In this document: piece by piece, positions 1 to 8,528 of the stretch
How the letters are laid out: each line of letters starts with the position of its first letter
Numbering within the stretch: the stretch's first letter is position 1
Source of the DNA: an uncultured delta proteobacterium
Lineage (GTDB): Bacteria > Desulfobacterota > Binatia > DP-6
Length of the DNA: 32,000 bases
Direction of reading: 5' to 3'
NCBI GenBank assembly: GCA_963815115.1
Contig: CAWFFN010000009.1
Coordinates: 46,975-78,974 of the forward strand
Translations under genes and position numbers: made by a program
The notes under the pieces: model-generated
What the model saw: the letters and a program-made list of their open reading frames with translations, nothing else
Database searches by the model: none
Told to the model about the DNA's origin: nothing

Positions 1-1
1 G

Positions 2-400
2 ACCCTCACCACGCTCGGCATCGGTGAGGCGATGGTCACGGTGCTCTCCGCCAAGGGCGTCCCATCGCAGCCCTTCGCGACCCGGCTGATCCCGCCGGCC
101 TCGCGCATGGCGCCGCTCACCGAGGCCGAGCTCCAGCAACGCATCGGGTCGTCGGCCCAGGTGCGCAAGTACCGCGACCCCGTCAATCCGCCGAGCGCGG
201 AGGAGAAGCTGCGTGCGGTGGAGGCGGCCGGGGCACCGGCCGAGGCCGGTGCAACCGCACCGAGCGCCCTCGAGCAGGTCCTGCGCTCTCCCGTGGCGCG
301 CAGCGTCACGCGCACGGTGGCCGTCACGGTCGCCGGCGCGCTCGCGCGCGGCCTCATGGGCGCGCTGCTCGGCTCGTCTGGCAGGCGGCGGCGGTCCTAG
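2..400 (+). CDS. C-terminal part of a HerA-like helicase / DUF853 (YjgR-type) P-loop protein; the 5' end lies outside the window
   Basis: The frame is open from base 2 (TLTTLGIGEAMVTVLSAKGVPSQP...). The G-x-GEA-V-VL--KG block, ...PPASRMAPLTEAE... and the Gly/Arg tail ARGLMGALLGSSGRRRRS resemble the conserved C-terminus of E. coli YjgR-type proteins. TAG stop at 398-400. Confidence 0.7.
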   Translation, partial: TLTTLGIGEAMVTVLSAKGVPSQPFATRLIPPASRMAPLTEAELQQRIGSSAQVRKYRDPVNPPSAEEKLRAVEAAGAPAEAGATAPSALEQVLRSPVARSVTRTVAVTVAGALARGLMGALLGSSGRRRRS

Positions 401-403
401 CCG

Positions 404-1111
404 TCACCCGGCGTCGAGCTCGCTGGCGGCGTCGGGGTCGAGGAGGAAGAGCACCGGCGGCCCGGAGCGCGCGGCGATGGCCACCGGGAGCTGCGAGGAC
501 GCGTCCCGGATGGCCTCGCGCAGGATCGAGGCCTTGCCGGCGCCGAACGCGCCGACCCAGATGCTGCGCGCGGCGGCCAGCACCGTCATCGTGAGGGTCA
601 CCCGGCGAGGCGGAGGCTTGGGCGAGTCGGTCACGCTGGCGACCCACAGGGTGCGCTCGCGGAGCAACGGATGGCCCGGAAAGAGCGAGCAGACGTGCCC
701 GTCCGGTCCCATGCCGAGGAGCGCGACGTCGAGCCGCGGCGGGTCGCCCAGGGTCGCGCGCAGCGTCTCGGCATAGGCCGTCGCGGCCGCATCGAGGTCG
801 CCCCGATCGGCGTGCACCGGGTGTACCCGTGCTGGCACGTGATCGAGCCACAGCCTGCGGGCCAGACCGCAGTTCGACTCGGGGTCGGTCTCCGGCACGG
901 CTCGCTCGTCGCCGAAGAAGACGTGCACAAGGTCCCAGGGCAGCGCGAGGCGCGCGAACGCCGGGAACATCGCCTCGGCCACCGAGCCGCCCGGCAGCGC
1001 GCACGCGAAGAGGCCGCGTTTCGCGACCGCGTCGCGGGCGGCGGCGGCGAAGCGCTCGGCGGCGAGCTTCACCAGCGCGTCTCGGGCATCGACCACGATC
1101 TCCGGTCGCAT
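404..1111 (-). CDS. pgl: 6-phosphogluconolactonase
   Basis: 235-aa ORF with the SolR/DevB/Pgl signature: LPGGS..., VHVFFGDERAVP..DPESN, ALLGMGPDGHVCSLFPG, RRVTLT. ATG start at 1109-1111. Confidence 0.9.
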   Translation of the reverse strand: MRPEIVVDARDALVKLAAERFAAAARDAVAKRGLFACALPGGSVAEAMFPAFARLALPWDLVHVFFGDERAVPETDPESNCGLARRLWLDHVPARVHPVHADRGDLDAAATAYAETLRATLGDPPRLDVALLGMGPDGHVCSLFPGHPLLRERTLWVASVTDSPKPPPRRVTLTMTVLAAARSIWVGAFGAGKASILREAIRDASSQLPVAIAARSGPPVLFLLDPDAASELDAG

Positions 1112-1204
1112 GCCCCACTCCTACGGCCGGCGCGGCGCCGCGACAAGGACCCTCCCCGGATCGGGTTTGCGAGGCCGGTACGCGGTGCTACGGTCCGGGC
1201 GACC

Positions 1205-1951
1205 ATGCGGGCGGGTCGTCCCACGACGGCGGTTGCCGGGTCGCGGCCCGCGGCTCGTGCAGCGTGCGCCCTCGCCTCTCTCGTGCTCCTTCTCGCGGTG
1301 GAAGGTGCAAGGCGCCCCTGGGCGCGCGCGGGCGTCGGACCGCCGTCCGGACCGACGGCGCGCCCGGCCAAGGGGAAGCTCCTGGTCTCGGGACACGGTC
1401 TGGGCGATCCGAACTTCGCGGAGAGCGTGGTGCTGCTCCTGGCGGTGGCCGAGGACGGCGGTGCGATGGGCGTGATCGTCAACCATCCGACGCCGATCAA
1501 GCTCGGCGCCATCCTCCCCGAGAGCAAGTCGCTCGCCGATCGAGGCGACCGGGTCTGGCGCGGCGGACCCGTGCTGCCGACGTCGCTCCTCGTGCTGGTG
1601 CGGGCGAAGAGCCCGCCCGCCGGCGCCGAGACGGTCTTCGAGGACGTGCAGATGCTGACCAGCCGTGACGCCGTCCGGCGATCGCTGGCCGGACAGACGC
1701 CGCGCGCGCGAATGCGCGCCTACGCGGGACACGCGGGATGGGGACCGGGTCAGCTCGAGGCGGAGATCGCGCGCGGCGACTGGACCCTGATGCCGGGCGA
1801 CGCGGCGATCGTCTTCTCCGACGCGCCCGAGACGGTGTGGCCGAAGCTCATCGAGCGCGCCGAGGGACAGTGGACACGCCTACCGGGGAATCACCACTCC
1901 GACTCGACGACGGCCGCCGGCTCGTCGCTCCGGGGACGCAGCTCGGGGTGA
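1205..1951 (+). CDS. YqgE/AlgH-family (UPF0301) protein with a hydrophobic N-terminal extension
   Basis: ATG at 1205 is in frame with ORF 671-1951 (residue 179 of that ORF). The sequence KLLVSGHGLGDPNFAESVVLLL...GVIVNHPT...VWRGGPV...AGHAGWGPGQLEAEIARGDW is the YqgE/AlgH pattern. The part of the ORF before 1205 is a shadow of pgl on the other strand. Confidence 0.8.
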   Translation: MRAGRPTTAVAGSRPAARAACALASLVLLLAVEGARRPWARAGVGPPSGPTARPAKGKLLVSGHGLGDPNFAESVVLLLAVAEDGGAMGVIVNHPTPIKLGAILPESKSLADRGDRVWRGGPVLPTSLLVLVRAKSPPAGAETVFEDVQMLTSRDAVRRSLAGQTPRARMRAYAGHAGWGPGQLEAEIARGDWTLMPGDAAIVFSDAPETVWPKLIERAEGQWTRLPGNHHSDSTTAAGSSLRGRSSG

Positions 1952-2400
1952 CGGTCCAGCGTGCGCGCGCACGCATTCCAGCGCAGCACGGCGTCGTCGT
2001 TGCCCGGTGGTCGGACGGCGATGGCACGCTCGAAGAGGCTCATCGCATCGGAGAACCAGTGGTGCGCGACGGGTCCCATACCCGGGCCGCCATGGGCGAG
2101 CTGCGCCCGGGCGCGCCGCTCGGAGATGATCCCGGCATAGTACAGCCGGTCGTACTCGTCCGAGAGCCTGGGGAGCAGGACGCGGGCGCGCGCCATGTGG
2201 GCGCTGACGCCCGGGTCGCGGAACTGATCGCTGAGCGCCAGGATCAGGGTGACGAGCGCCTGCTGGTTGTCGGCCTCCGCGCCCAGGATGTCTTCGCAGA
2301 TGCTCTCGGCCATCGCGCTCTCGTTCAGCAGGCGGTAGCGCTCGGCCTTGGCCAGCGCCGCGGGTATTGCTTCCCTCGACAGCGGCTTGAGCTCGTACAT
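1891..2400 (-). CDS. conserved hypothetical, all-helical (TPR-like) 169-aa protein, last gene of the sdh block
   Basis: ATG at 2398-2400 lies 14 nt after the sdhB stop. MYELKPLSREAIPAALAKAERYRLLNES...QQALVTLILALSDQF has normal composition, unlike the Arg-rich upstream part of ORF 1891-3132, which is a shadow of sdhB. I cannot name a family. Confidence 0.6.
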   Translation of the reverse strand: MYELKPLSREAIPAALAKAERYRLLNESAMAESICEDILGAEADNQQALVTLILALSDQFRDPGVSAHMARARVLLPRLSDEYDRLYYAGIISERRARAQLAHGGPGMGPVAHHWFSDAMSLFERAIAVRPPGNDDAVLRWNACARTLDRHPELRPRSDEPAAVVESEW

Positions 2401-2414
2401 GCGACGTCCTCCGC

Positions 2415-3155
2415 TCAGAATCCGAGCGCTCGCAGCACACGACCCAGCGGATCGAAGAAGCGGTCGACCACGCGCTCCTTCAGCGGGATTATGGCGTTGT
2501 CGGTGATCGTGATGTGCTCGGGGCACACCTTCGTGCAGCATTTGGTGATGTTGCAGAGCCCGATGCCGAAGGCCTGCCGGAGCTCTCCCACGCGGTCCTC
2601 GACGTCGAGCGGGTGCATCTCGAGCGCTGCCACGTGTACCAGGAAGCGCGGCCCGATGAACTGATCGTGCATCTGATGGTCGCGCAGCACGTGACAGACG
2701 TCCTGGCAGAGGAAGCACTCGATGCACTTGCGGAACTCCTGCACCCGGTCGATGTCCCGCTGGGCCATCCGCCACGTGCCGTCCGGCGCGTCCGGCGGCC
2801 TCGGCTTGAAGGGGGCGATCTTCTGCTTCACCCGGAAGTTCCACGAGACGTCCGTCACGAGGTCGCGCATGCGAGGAAACGCGCGCAGGGGCTCGATCGT
2901 CACCGGCTGCTCGAGGGGAAGCGAGTTCAGCCGGGTCATGCACATGAGACGCGGCCGGCCGTTGATCTCCGCCGAGCACGAGCCGCACTTGCCCGCCTTG
3001 CAATTCCAGCGGCACGCGAGGTCGGGAGCCTGCTCGGCCTGCACGCGGTGGACCGCGTCGAGCACCACCATGCCCTCGGAGACCTCGGTGCGATAATCCT
3101 TGAAGCCGCCGCCGCTCGCGCCGCCCCGCCATATCCTGAAGGTCGCCGTCGCCAT
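2415..3155 (-). CDS. sdhB: succinate dehydrogenase / fumarate reductase iron-sulfur subunit
   Basis: 246 aa with 2Fe-2S (CRWNCKAGKCGSCSAEING), 4Fe-4S (CIECFLCQDVC) and 3Fe-4S (CNITKCCTKVCP) cysteine clusters. Directly downstream of sdhA. Confidence 0.95.
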   Translation of the reverse strand: MATATFRIWRGGASGGGFKDYRTEVSEGMVVLDAVHRVQAEQAPDLACRWNCKAGKCGSCSAEINGRPRLMCMTRLNSLPLEQPVTIEPLRAFPRMRDLVTDVSWNFRVKQKIAPFKPRPPDAPDGTWRMAQRDIDRVQEFRKCIECFLCQDVCHVLRDHQMHDQFIGPRFLVHVAALEMHPLDVEDRVGELRQAFGIGLCNITKCCTKVCPEHITITDNAIIPLKERVVDRFFDPLGRVLRALGF

Positions 3156-3171
3156 GCCTGTTGGTTCCTGT

Positions 3172-4986
3172 CTACTGGTTTTCTTGGACGATGCGCCGGA
3201 GCTCGGGCGGCATCTCGGGCAGCGGCCGGCGCGACAGCTCCATCTCGCCGTCCGGCCTGCGCTGCACGCAGACGTTCTGCTGGCCCCACTCGGCGTCCTT
3301 GTTGGGGAAGTCCTCGCGATAGTGGCCGCCGCGGCTCTCCTTGCGTTCGAGCGCCGAGCGCGTGACGGCCTCGGCGACGTCGAGCAGGTTGTGCACGTCG
3401 AGCGCCGTGTGCCAGCCGGGATTGTAGTCGCGGTTGCCGGTGACGCCGGTACGCGCGGCGCGCCGGCGCAGCTCGCGAATCATCTCCAGCGCATGGGACA
3501 TCTCGTCCGCCGTCCGCACGATGCCGACGTTCTCCTGCATGAGCTCCTGGAGGTCGCGCTGGACGGCGTACGGGGGCTCCCCGTCCTGGTGCTCGAAGGG
3601 CTCGACCGCGGCGCGCTCGGCCGCCTGCATCTGTGCCGGATCGATCGCCGGCCGCTTGCCGCCGAGCCCGCGGGCGAACTCCGCCGCGTGGTCGCCCGCG
3701 CGCTTGCCGAAGACGAGCAGATCGGAGAGCGAGTTGCCGCCCAGCCGGTTCGCGCCGTTGATCCCGGCGGCGCACTCGCCCGCGGCGAACAGCCCCGGCA
3801 CCGACGACATCTGCGTATCGGCGTCGACCAGCACCCCGCCCATGACGTAGTGCGTGGTCGGTCCCACCTCCATCGCCTCCTTGGTGATGTCGATGTCGGC
3901 GAGCTCCTTGAACTGGTGGTACATGCTCGGAAGCTTGCGCTTGATGTGCTCCTCGGCGTTCTTGAGCTTCTTGCCGATCCAGGAGATGTCGAGGAAGACG
4001 CCGCCGTGGGGGCTGCCCCGGCCCTCGCGCACCTCGCGACGGATGCAACGCGCGACGTGGTCGCGGGTCAGCAGCTCGGGAGGACGGCGCGCGCTCTTGT
4101 CTCCCTGGGTATAGCGCCAGCCCTCCTCCTCGTTGTCGGCGGTCTGGCTGCGGTAGTTCTCGGGGATGTCCCCGAACATGAAGCGCTCGCGCTTGCTGTT
4201 CAGCAGGATTCCGCCTTCGCCCCGGACGCCTTCGGTGACCAGGATGCCCTGGACGCTGGGCGGCCAGATCATGCCGGTGGGATGGAACTGCACGAACTCC
4301 ATGTCGACGAGGGTGGCCCCCGCCCGGTAGGCGAGGGCGTGGCCGTCGCCGGTGCCCTCCCAGCTGTTGCTGGTGATCTTGAAGGCGCGGCCGATGCCAC
4401 CCGTCGCGACGATGACGGCCGGCGCGCCCAGCACCATGAATCGCCCGTGCTCGCGCTCGTAGCCGAAGGCGCCGGCGACCCGCTCGCCGTCCTTCAGCAG
4501 CGACGTGACGGTGCACTCCATGTGCACGGTCACGCCGAGCGCCACCACGCGATCCTGCAGCGTGCGGATCATCTCGAGGCCGGTGCGATCGCCGACGTGG
4601 GCGAGCCGGGGATAGCGGTGACCGCCGAAGTTGCGCTGCAGGATGCGCCCGTCGGGGGTGCGGTCGAACACCGCGCCCCACGCCTCCAGCTCGCGTACGC
4701 GTTCGGGAGCCTCGCGGGCGTGCAGCTCCGCCATGCGCCAGTTGTTGACGTACTGCCCGCCGCGCATCGTGTCGGAGAAGTGCACCGCCCAGTCGTCGCG
4801 CTCGTCGACGTTGGCGAGCGCGGCCGCGATGCCGCCTTCGGCCATGACGGTATGCGCCTTGCCGAGCAGCGACTTGCAGATGAGCGCCACCGACACGCCC
4901 GACTCGGCAGCGGCGATGGCCGCGCGCAGGCCCGCGCCGCCGGCGCCGATCACGAGGACGTCGTAGTCGAACCGCCGTTCAGTCAC
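3172..4986 (-). CDS. sdhA: succinate dehydrogenase / fumarate reductase flavoprotein subunit
   Basis: 604 aa. N-terminal FAD fold DVLVIGAGGAGLRAAI, the covalent-FAD region KSLLGKAHTVMAEGG, then HPTG, RLGGNSL and ESRGGHYREDFP. GTG start at 4984-4986 preceded by GGAGGAAGG. Confidence 0.95.
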   Translation of the reverse strand: MTERRFDYDVLVIGAGGAGLRAAIAAAESGVSVALICKSLLGKAHTVMAEGGIAAALANVDERDDWAVHFSDTMRGGQYVNNWRMAELHAREAPERVRELEAWGAVFDRTPDGRILQRNFGGHRYPRLAHVGDRTGLEMIRTLQDRVVALGVTVHMECTVTSLLKDGERVAGAFGYEREHGRFMVLGAPAVIVATGGIGRAFKITSNSWEGTGDGHALAYRAGATLVDMEFVQFHPTGMIWPPSVQGILVTEGVRGEGGILLNSKRERFMFGDIPENYRSQTADNEEEGWRYTQGDKSARRPPELLTRDHVARCIRREVREGRGSPHGGVFLDISWIGKKLKNAEEHIKRKLPSMYHQFKELADIDITKEAMEVGPTTHYVMGGVLVDADTQMSSVPGLFAAGECAAGINGANRLGGNSLSDLLVFGKRAGDHAAEFARGLGGKRPAIDPAQMQAAERAAVEPFEHQDGEPPYAVQRDLQELMQENVGIVRTADEMSHALEMIRELRRRAARTGVTGNRDYNPGWHTALDVHNLLDVAEAVTRSALERKESRGGHYREDFPNKDAEWGQQNVCVQRRPDGEMELSRRPLPEMPPELRRIVQENQ

Positions 4987-5008
4987 CCTTCCTCCGCTCC
5001 GGCTGCTC

Positions 5009-5848
5009 CTACAGGATGCGCCAGTCGGTCCAGAGGCCCATCGAGCAGAGGCGCACGTAGAGATCGGCGAACGCGACCCCGATCAGGCTGCACCAGGCGA
5101 TCGGCATGTGGCGGCGGTTGAGGCAGCTCACGCAGGCGTAGGCGCGCTCCTGCGCCGGGCGCTTCGACACCTCGTCGAGCCGGCCGCCGATCAGGTGACG
5201 CAGGGAATGGCAGCCGAGGGTGTAGCCGGCGAGCAGCGCCACGTTGAGCGCCAGCACCAGCGTGCCGACGCCGATGCCGAACGACGTCCCGCCGGTCGCG
5301 GGATTCGGGAACCAGAGCGCCTTCCACACGTCCCAGGAGAGCACGACGATCAATCCGAGCGCGGGGTACAGGAAGTAGCGGTGCACGTTCTGCATGATGA
5401 GCGGAAACGAACGCTCCCCCCAGTAGCTCGCGCGGGGCTCGCCCACGGCGCACGACGGCGGATCGGCCCAGAACGCCTTGTAGTAGGCGCCTCGGTAGTA
5501 GTAGCAGGTGAAGCGGAAGAACGCCGGGAACGGCAGGATGATCAAAGCAGGGGAGAATGGCAGGAAGGACGGCCACCATCCCGGCTTGGGTCCGAACCAG
5601 GCGTGCGGCGAGTCGCCGAACAGCTCCGGCGAGTAGAACGGCGACAGATACGGCCCGTAGACGTAGTGCGCATTCTGGAACGCGGCCCACGTGGCGTACA
5701 CGACGAAGGCCGACAGGACGAGAAACGTCGCCAGCGGCGTGGCCCACCAGGCGTCGCGCCGTGCCGTGCGGCCGAAGCCGCGCCGTTCCAGCGCTGCGGT
5801 GCCGTTGCCCATCATCGACGACGTGACCTCCTCCTGGTGCTCGCTCAT
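5009..5848 (-). CDS. sdhC: succinate dehydrogenase membrane anchor / cytochrome b subunit (single large five-helix type)
   Basis: Five hydrophobic segments and conserved His residues (NVHRYFLYP, CHSLRHLIGG). Located immediately upstream of sdhA. ATG at 5846-5848 is preferred. A TTG at 5897-5899 (the ORF-track start) is the alternative. Confidence 0.75.
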   Translation of the reverse strand: MSEHQEEVTSSMMGNGTAALERRGFGRTARRDAWWATPLATFLVLSAFVVYATWAAFQNAHYVYGPYLSPFYSPELFGDSPHAWFGPKPGWWPSFLPFSPALIILPFPAFFRFTCYYYRGAYYKAFWADPPSCAVGEPRASYWGERSFPLIMQNVHRYFLYPALGLIVVLSWDVWKALWFPNPATGGTSFGIGVGTLVLALNVALLAGYTLGCHSLRHLIGGRLDEVSKRPAQERAYACVSCLNRRHMPIAWCSLIGVAFADLYVRLCSMGLWTDWRIL

Positions 5849-5911
5849 GGCCGCCTTTCGGCCGCCCGCTGCGTACACCGAAGGGCGGCCCGCAGACAAG
5901 CGCGCCGGCGC

Positions 5912-7027
5912 TCAGCCGAGGGTCAGGACCGTGCGGATACCGCGGCCCGCGCGCAGGTCGGCCATCGCCTCGTTGATCTCGGCGAGCGGGCGCCGCGCGG
6001 TGACGAGCCCCTGCAGATCCAGGCGGCCCGTCTGCCAGAGGGCGACCAGGCGCGGGATGTCGCGCACGGAGTGGCAGCTGCCGAGCGCGCAGCCGAGGAG
6101 CTTCTTCTCGCTGAGCGTGAAGAGCGCGGCGGGCGCGATCGTGATCGCCTCGTCGATCGGCGCCGCGCCGACCGCGACGGTGGTCCCGCCGTTGCGGCAC
6201 GCCGCGAGCCCCGCCTGCACGAGGCTCGCGCGGCCGACGGCGTCGAACGCGTAGTCCACGCCGACGCCGGTCAGCTCCAGCGCCCGCCCGGCGACGTCTT
6301 CCGCCGCGGGGTCGAGGAGTTCGGTAGCGCCGAAGCACCGCGCCGCCTCGCGCCGCGCCGGCACGGGATCGGACGCAATGATACGCGCGGCGCCCGCGAG
6401 CCGGGCGCCCTGCACGATCGCGAGCCCGATGCCGCCGAGGCCCAGGACGAGCACCGTGGCGCCGGGCTCGACGCGCGCCGTGTTCAACACTGCGCCCACG
6501 CCCGTCTGCACGGCGCAGCCGATGACGCACGCGACGTCGAGCGGGACGTCGGGCGCGATCCTGATCGCACCCGAGGCAGGCACGAGGACGTACTCGGCGA
6601 ACGCGCCGAGCCCGACGCCGCGGAACACGACTTCGCCGCCGCGCGAGAGACCGGTGGTGCCGTCGCGGAACGTGTTGGTCGCGATCATGGCGGCGTTCAG
6701 GCACACCCCCGGCTCGCCGCGCACGCACCAGTAGCACGTGCCGCAGGGCGCGATCGGAGTGAGGATGACGTGGTCCCCGGGCGCCAGCCCCTCGACGTCG
6801 CTCCCCACGGCGTCGACGATGCCGGCGGCCTCGTGTCCGAGCACGATCGGCGTCGGCGCCGGGAAGACGCCGTCGGCGAGGCTCAGGTCGGAATGGCAGA
6901 TGCCGCAGTGTCGCACGCGTACCCGCACCTGTCCGGACGTCGGATCGTCGATCGCGACGTCGTCGCGTACGACGAGCGGCTCCCCCGCCGCCTCGAGGAT
7001 CGCGGCGCGCAGCCTGGAACGCGGCAT
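5912..7027 (-). CDS. Zn-dependent alcohol dehydrogenase (class III / formaldehyde-dehydrogenase-like MDR)
   Basis: ATG at 7025-7027 (residue 50 of ORF 5912-7174). Catalytic Zn motif HCGICHSDL...GHEAAGIV, structural Zn CGTCYWCVRGEPGVC, and NAD fold VLGLGGIGLAIVQGA. Confidence 0.9.
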   Translation of the reverse strand: MPRSRLRAAILEAAGEPLVVRDDVAIDDPTSGQVRVRVRHCGICHSDLSLADGVFPAPTPIVLGHEAAGIVDAVGSDVEGLAPGDHVILTPIAPCGTCYWCVRGEPGVCLNAAMIATNTFRDGTTGLSRGGEVVFRGVGLGAFAEYVLVPASGAIRIAPDVPLDVACVIGCAVQTGVGAVLNTARVEPGATVLVLGLGGIGLAIVQGARLAGAARIIASDPVPARREAARCFGATELLDPAAEDVAGRALELTGVGVDYAFDAVGRASLVQAGLAACRNGGTTVAVGAAPIDEAITIAPAALFTLSEKKLLGCALGSCHSVRDIPRLVALWQTGRLDLQGLVTARRPLAEINEAMADLRAGRGIRTVLTLG

Positions 7028-7032
7028 GACGA

Positions 7033-8136
7033 TCAGTCGAAGGCGTAGAGGCGCTTGCAGTTCGTCGCCGTGACCCGCTCGACGAAGGCCGGATCGAGAC
7101 CCTGGAACGCGTGCGCGATCGCCTCCCGCGACTTCGGGAAGGTGCTGTCGGGATGCGGGTAGTCCGACGCCCACATGAAGTTGTCGGGTCCGAGGAGCGG
7201 CAGCAGCTCAGGACCGAGCGGCTCCTCCTCGAAGGTGGCGTAGACCTGCCGACGGAACAGCTCGCTCGGTTTCGAGCGCAGCTTGTAGTCCTGCGCCTTG
7301 GCCACGTGCTTCTCCGCCGCGGCATCCATGCGGTTGACGAAGTACGGGAGCCAGCCGATGCCCGACTCGGCGAGGACCAGGCGAAGCTTGGGCCGGCGCT
7401 CGAGGACGCCCGAATAGATCATCATGGCGAGCGGCTCGTCGAGCTGCATCGGTCCGACCGCCGAGAACGCCGCCAGCTCCCAGCTTCCCGGGGCCACCCG
7501 CACCTGCGACGTCCCCTGTCCAATGTGGAAGCTCACCGGCAACCCCACCGCCTCCGCGGCGTCCCAGAAGCGCGACCACTCCGGGTCGCTGCAGCGGAAC
7601 TCGAATGGGCTGATGATGACGCCGCGGTGTCCCTGCGTCTTCACGCGCTCGAGCTCCGCGGTCGCCGCGTCCGAGGAGTGCGTCGGCAGCACGGGCAGCA
7701 CCGAGAGCCGCGCCGGCTCGTGTCGATTGAACTCGGCCGCCCAGTCGTTGTACGCGGCGAGACACGCCGCCTTCAGCTCGGGATCGGCAATCGGCAGGCC
7801 GAACAGGTTCGGGCCGTAGATCACCGAGGCGTACACGCCGTCGAGCTCCATGTCCTGGAGGCGCAGCTTCGGATCGGCCGGGCGCAAGCCGTTGTCCTCG
7901 ATGCCCGGCACGCGGCTGGTCGCGCTGTAGTCCTTCATCATCGGGGAGGCGAGGCCGTATGCACCGATGACGGAGCCGTCGCAGTTCCACCACCCGGTGC
8001 CGTCTCCCTGCTCGACGACGTACGGGCCGCGCTCGCGCAGCCGCGCGGGCAGCCGGTCCGTCCATACGTCCTTGGGCAGGTTCCAGAGATCGAGATGGTC
8101 GTCGCAGGAGTATAGGCGCCAGGAGGTCACGCTCAT
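7033..8136 (-). CDS. amidohydrolase-2 family metal-dependent hydrolase/decarboxylase (ACMSD/LigI-like)
   Basis: ATG at 8134-8136 (residue 120 of ORF 7033-8493). The motifs SCDDHLDLW..., NDWAAEF, GVIISP, VSFHIG, and WASDYPHPDS near the C-terminus are typical of the Amidohydro_2 family. The stop lies 5 nt before the ADH start. Confidence 0.85.
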   Translation of the reverse strand: MSVTSWRLYSCDDHLDLWNLPKDVWTDRLPARLRERGPYVVEQGDGTGWWNCDGSVIGAYGLASPMMKDYSATSRVPGIEDNGLRPADPKLRLQDMELDGVYASVIYGPNLFGLPIADPELKAACLAAYNDWAAEFNRHEPARLSVLPVLPTHSSDAATAELERVKTQGHRGVIISPFEFRCSDPEWSRFWDAAEAVGLPVSFHIGQGTSQVRVAPGSWELAAFSAVGPMQLDEPLAMMIYSGVLERRPKLRLVLAESGIGWLPYFVNRMDAAAEKHVAKAQDYKLRSKPSELFRRQVYATFEEEPLGPELLPLLGPDNFMWASDYPHPDSTFPKSREAIAHAFQGLDPAFVERVTATNCKRLYAFD

Positions 8137-8528
8137 GACCGTGGATTCTCGTCCGCGCCCGGGTTGTCTGTCCAGGGGTTCCGACCGCGACGCCGTGGCC
8201 AGCAGCCTTCTCGGGTGGTGAGCTATGGATTCGTTCGGCGTGCAGGTCGAGGTTGCCGGCTCGCATGCCCGCGGTCGCGTATCGCTGCCCGGCGCAGGTT
8301 GCCACCCTCGCGGAGAAGGCGCCGCCTTGCCGACCCGAGGGGCCGAAGCTGCTCGACCGCGTGCGGGCGGCCATCCGGACAGGTCATCCAAGCCAGGCCT
8401 ACGTCTTCTGGAGTGCGCAGCGGACCTGTTGTCCAAGCTATCTCGGTTGCGCGCCTGACCTGTCGTTCCGGGTGGCCGGAAGCTGAAGTCCAACGTCAGG
8501 CGGCGTCAAAGAAGGAACGGGCCTCCCA

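Noticed and set aside
2936-7325. Long alternative-frame and antisense ORFs over the sdh/ADH genes (for example 2936-4681 minus, 3100-5121 plus, 4983-7325 minus, 5108-7048 plus)
   Set aside because: Their translations are monotonous Arg/Ala/Gly/Pro/His strings with no recognisable motif. They overlap genes with unmistakable family signatures. Stop codons are rare in all frames of DNA this GC-rich, so they are shadow ORFs.
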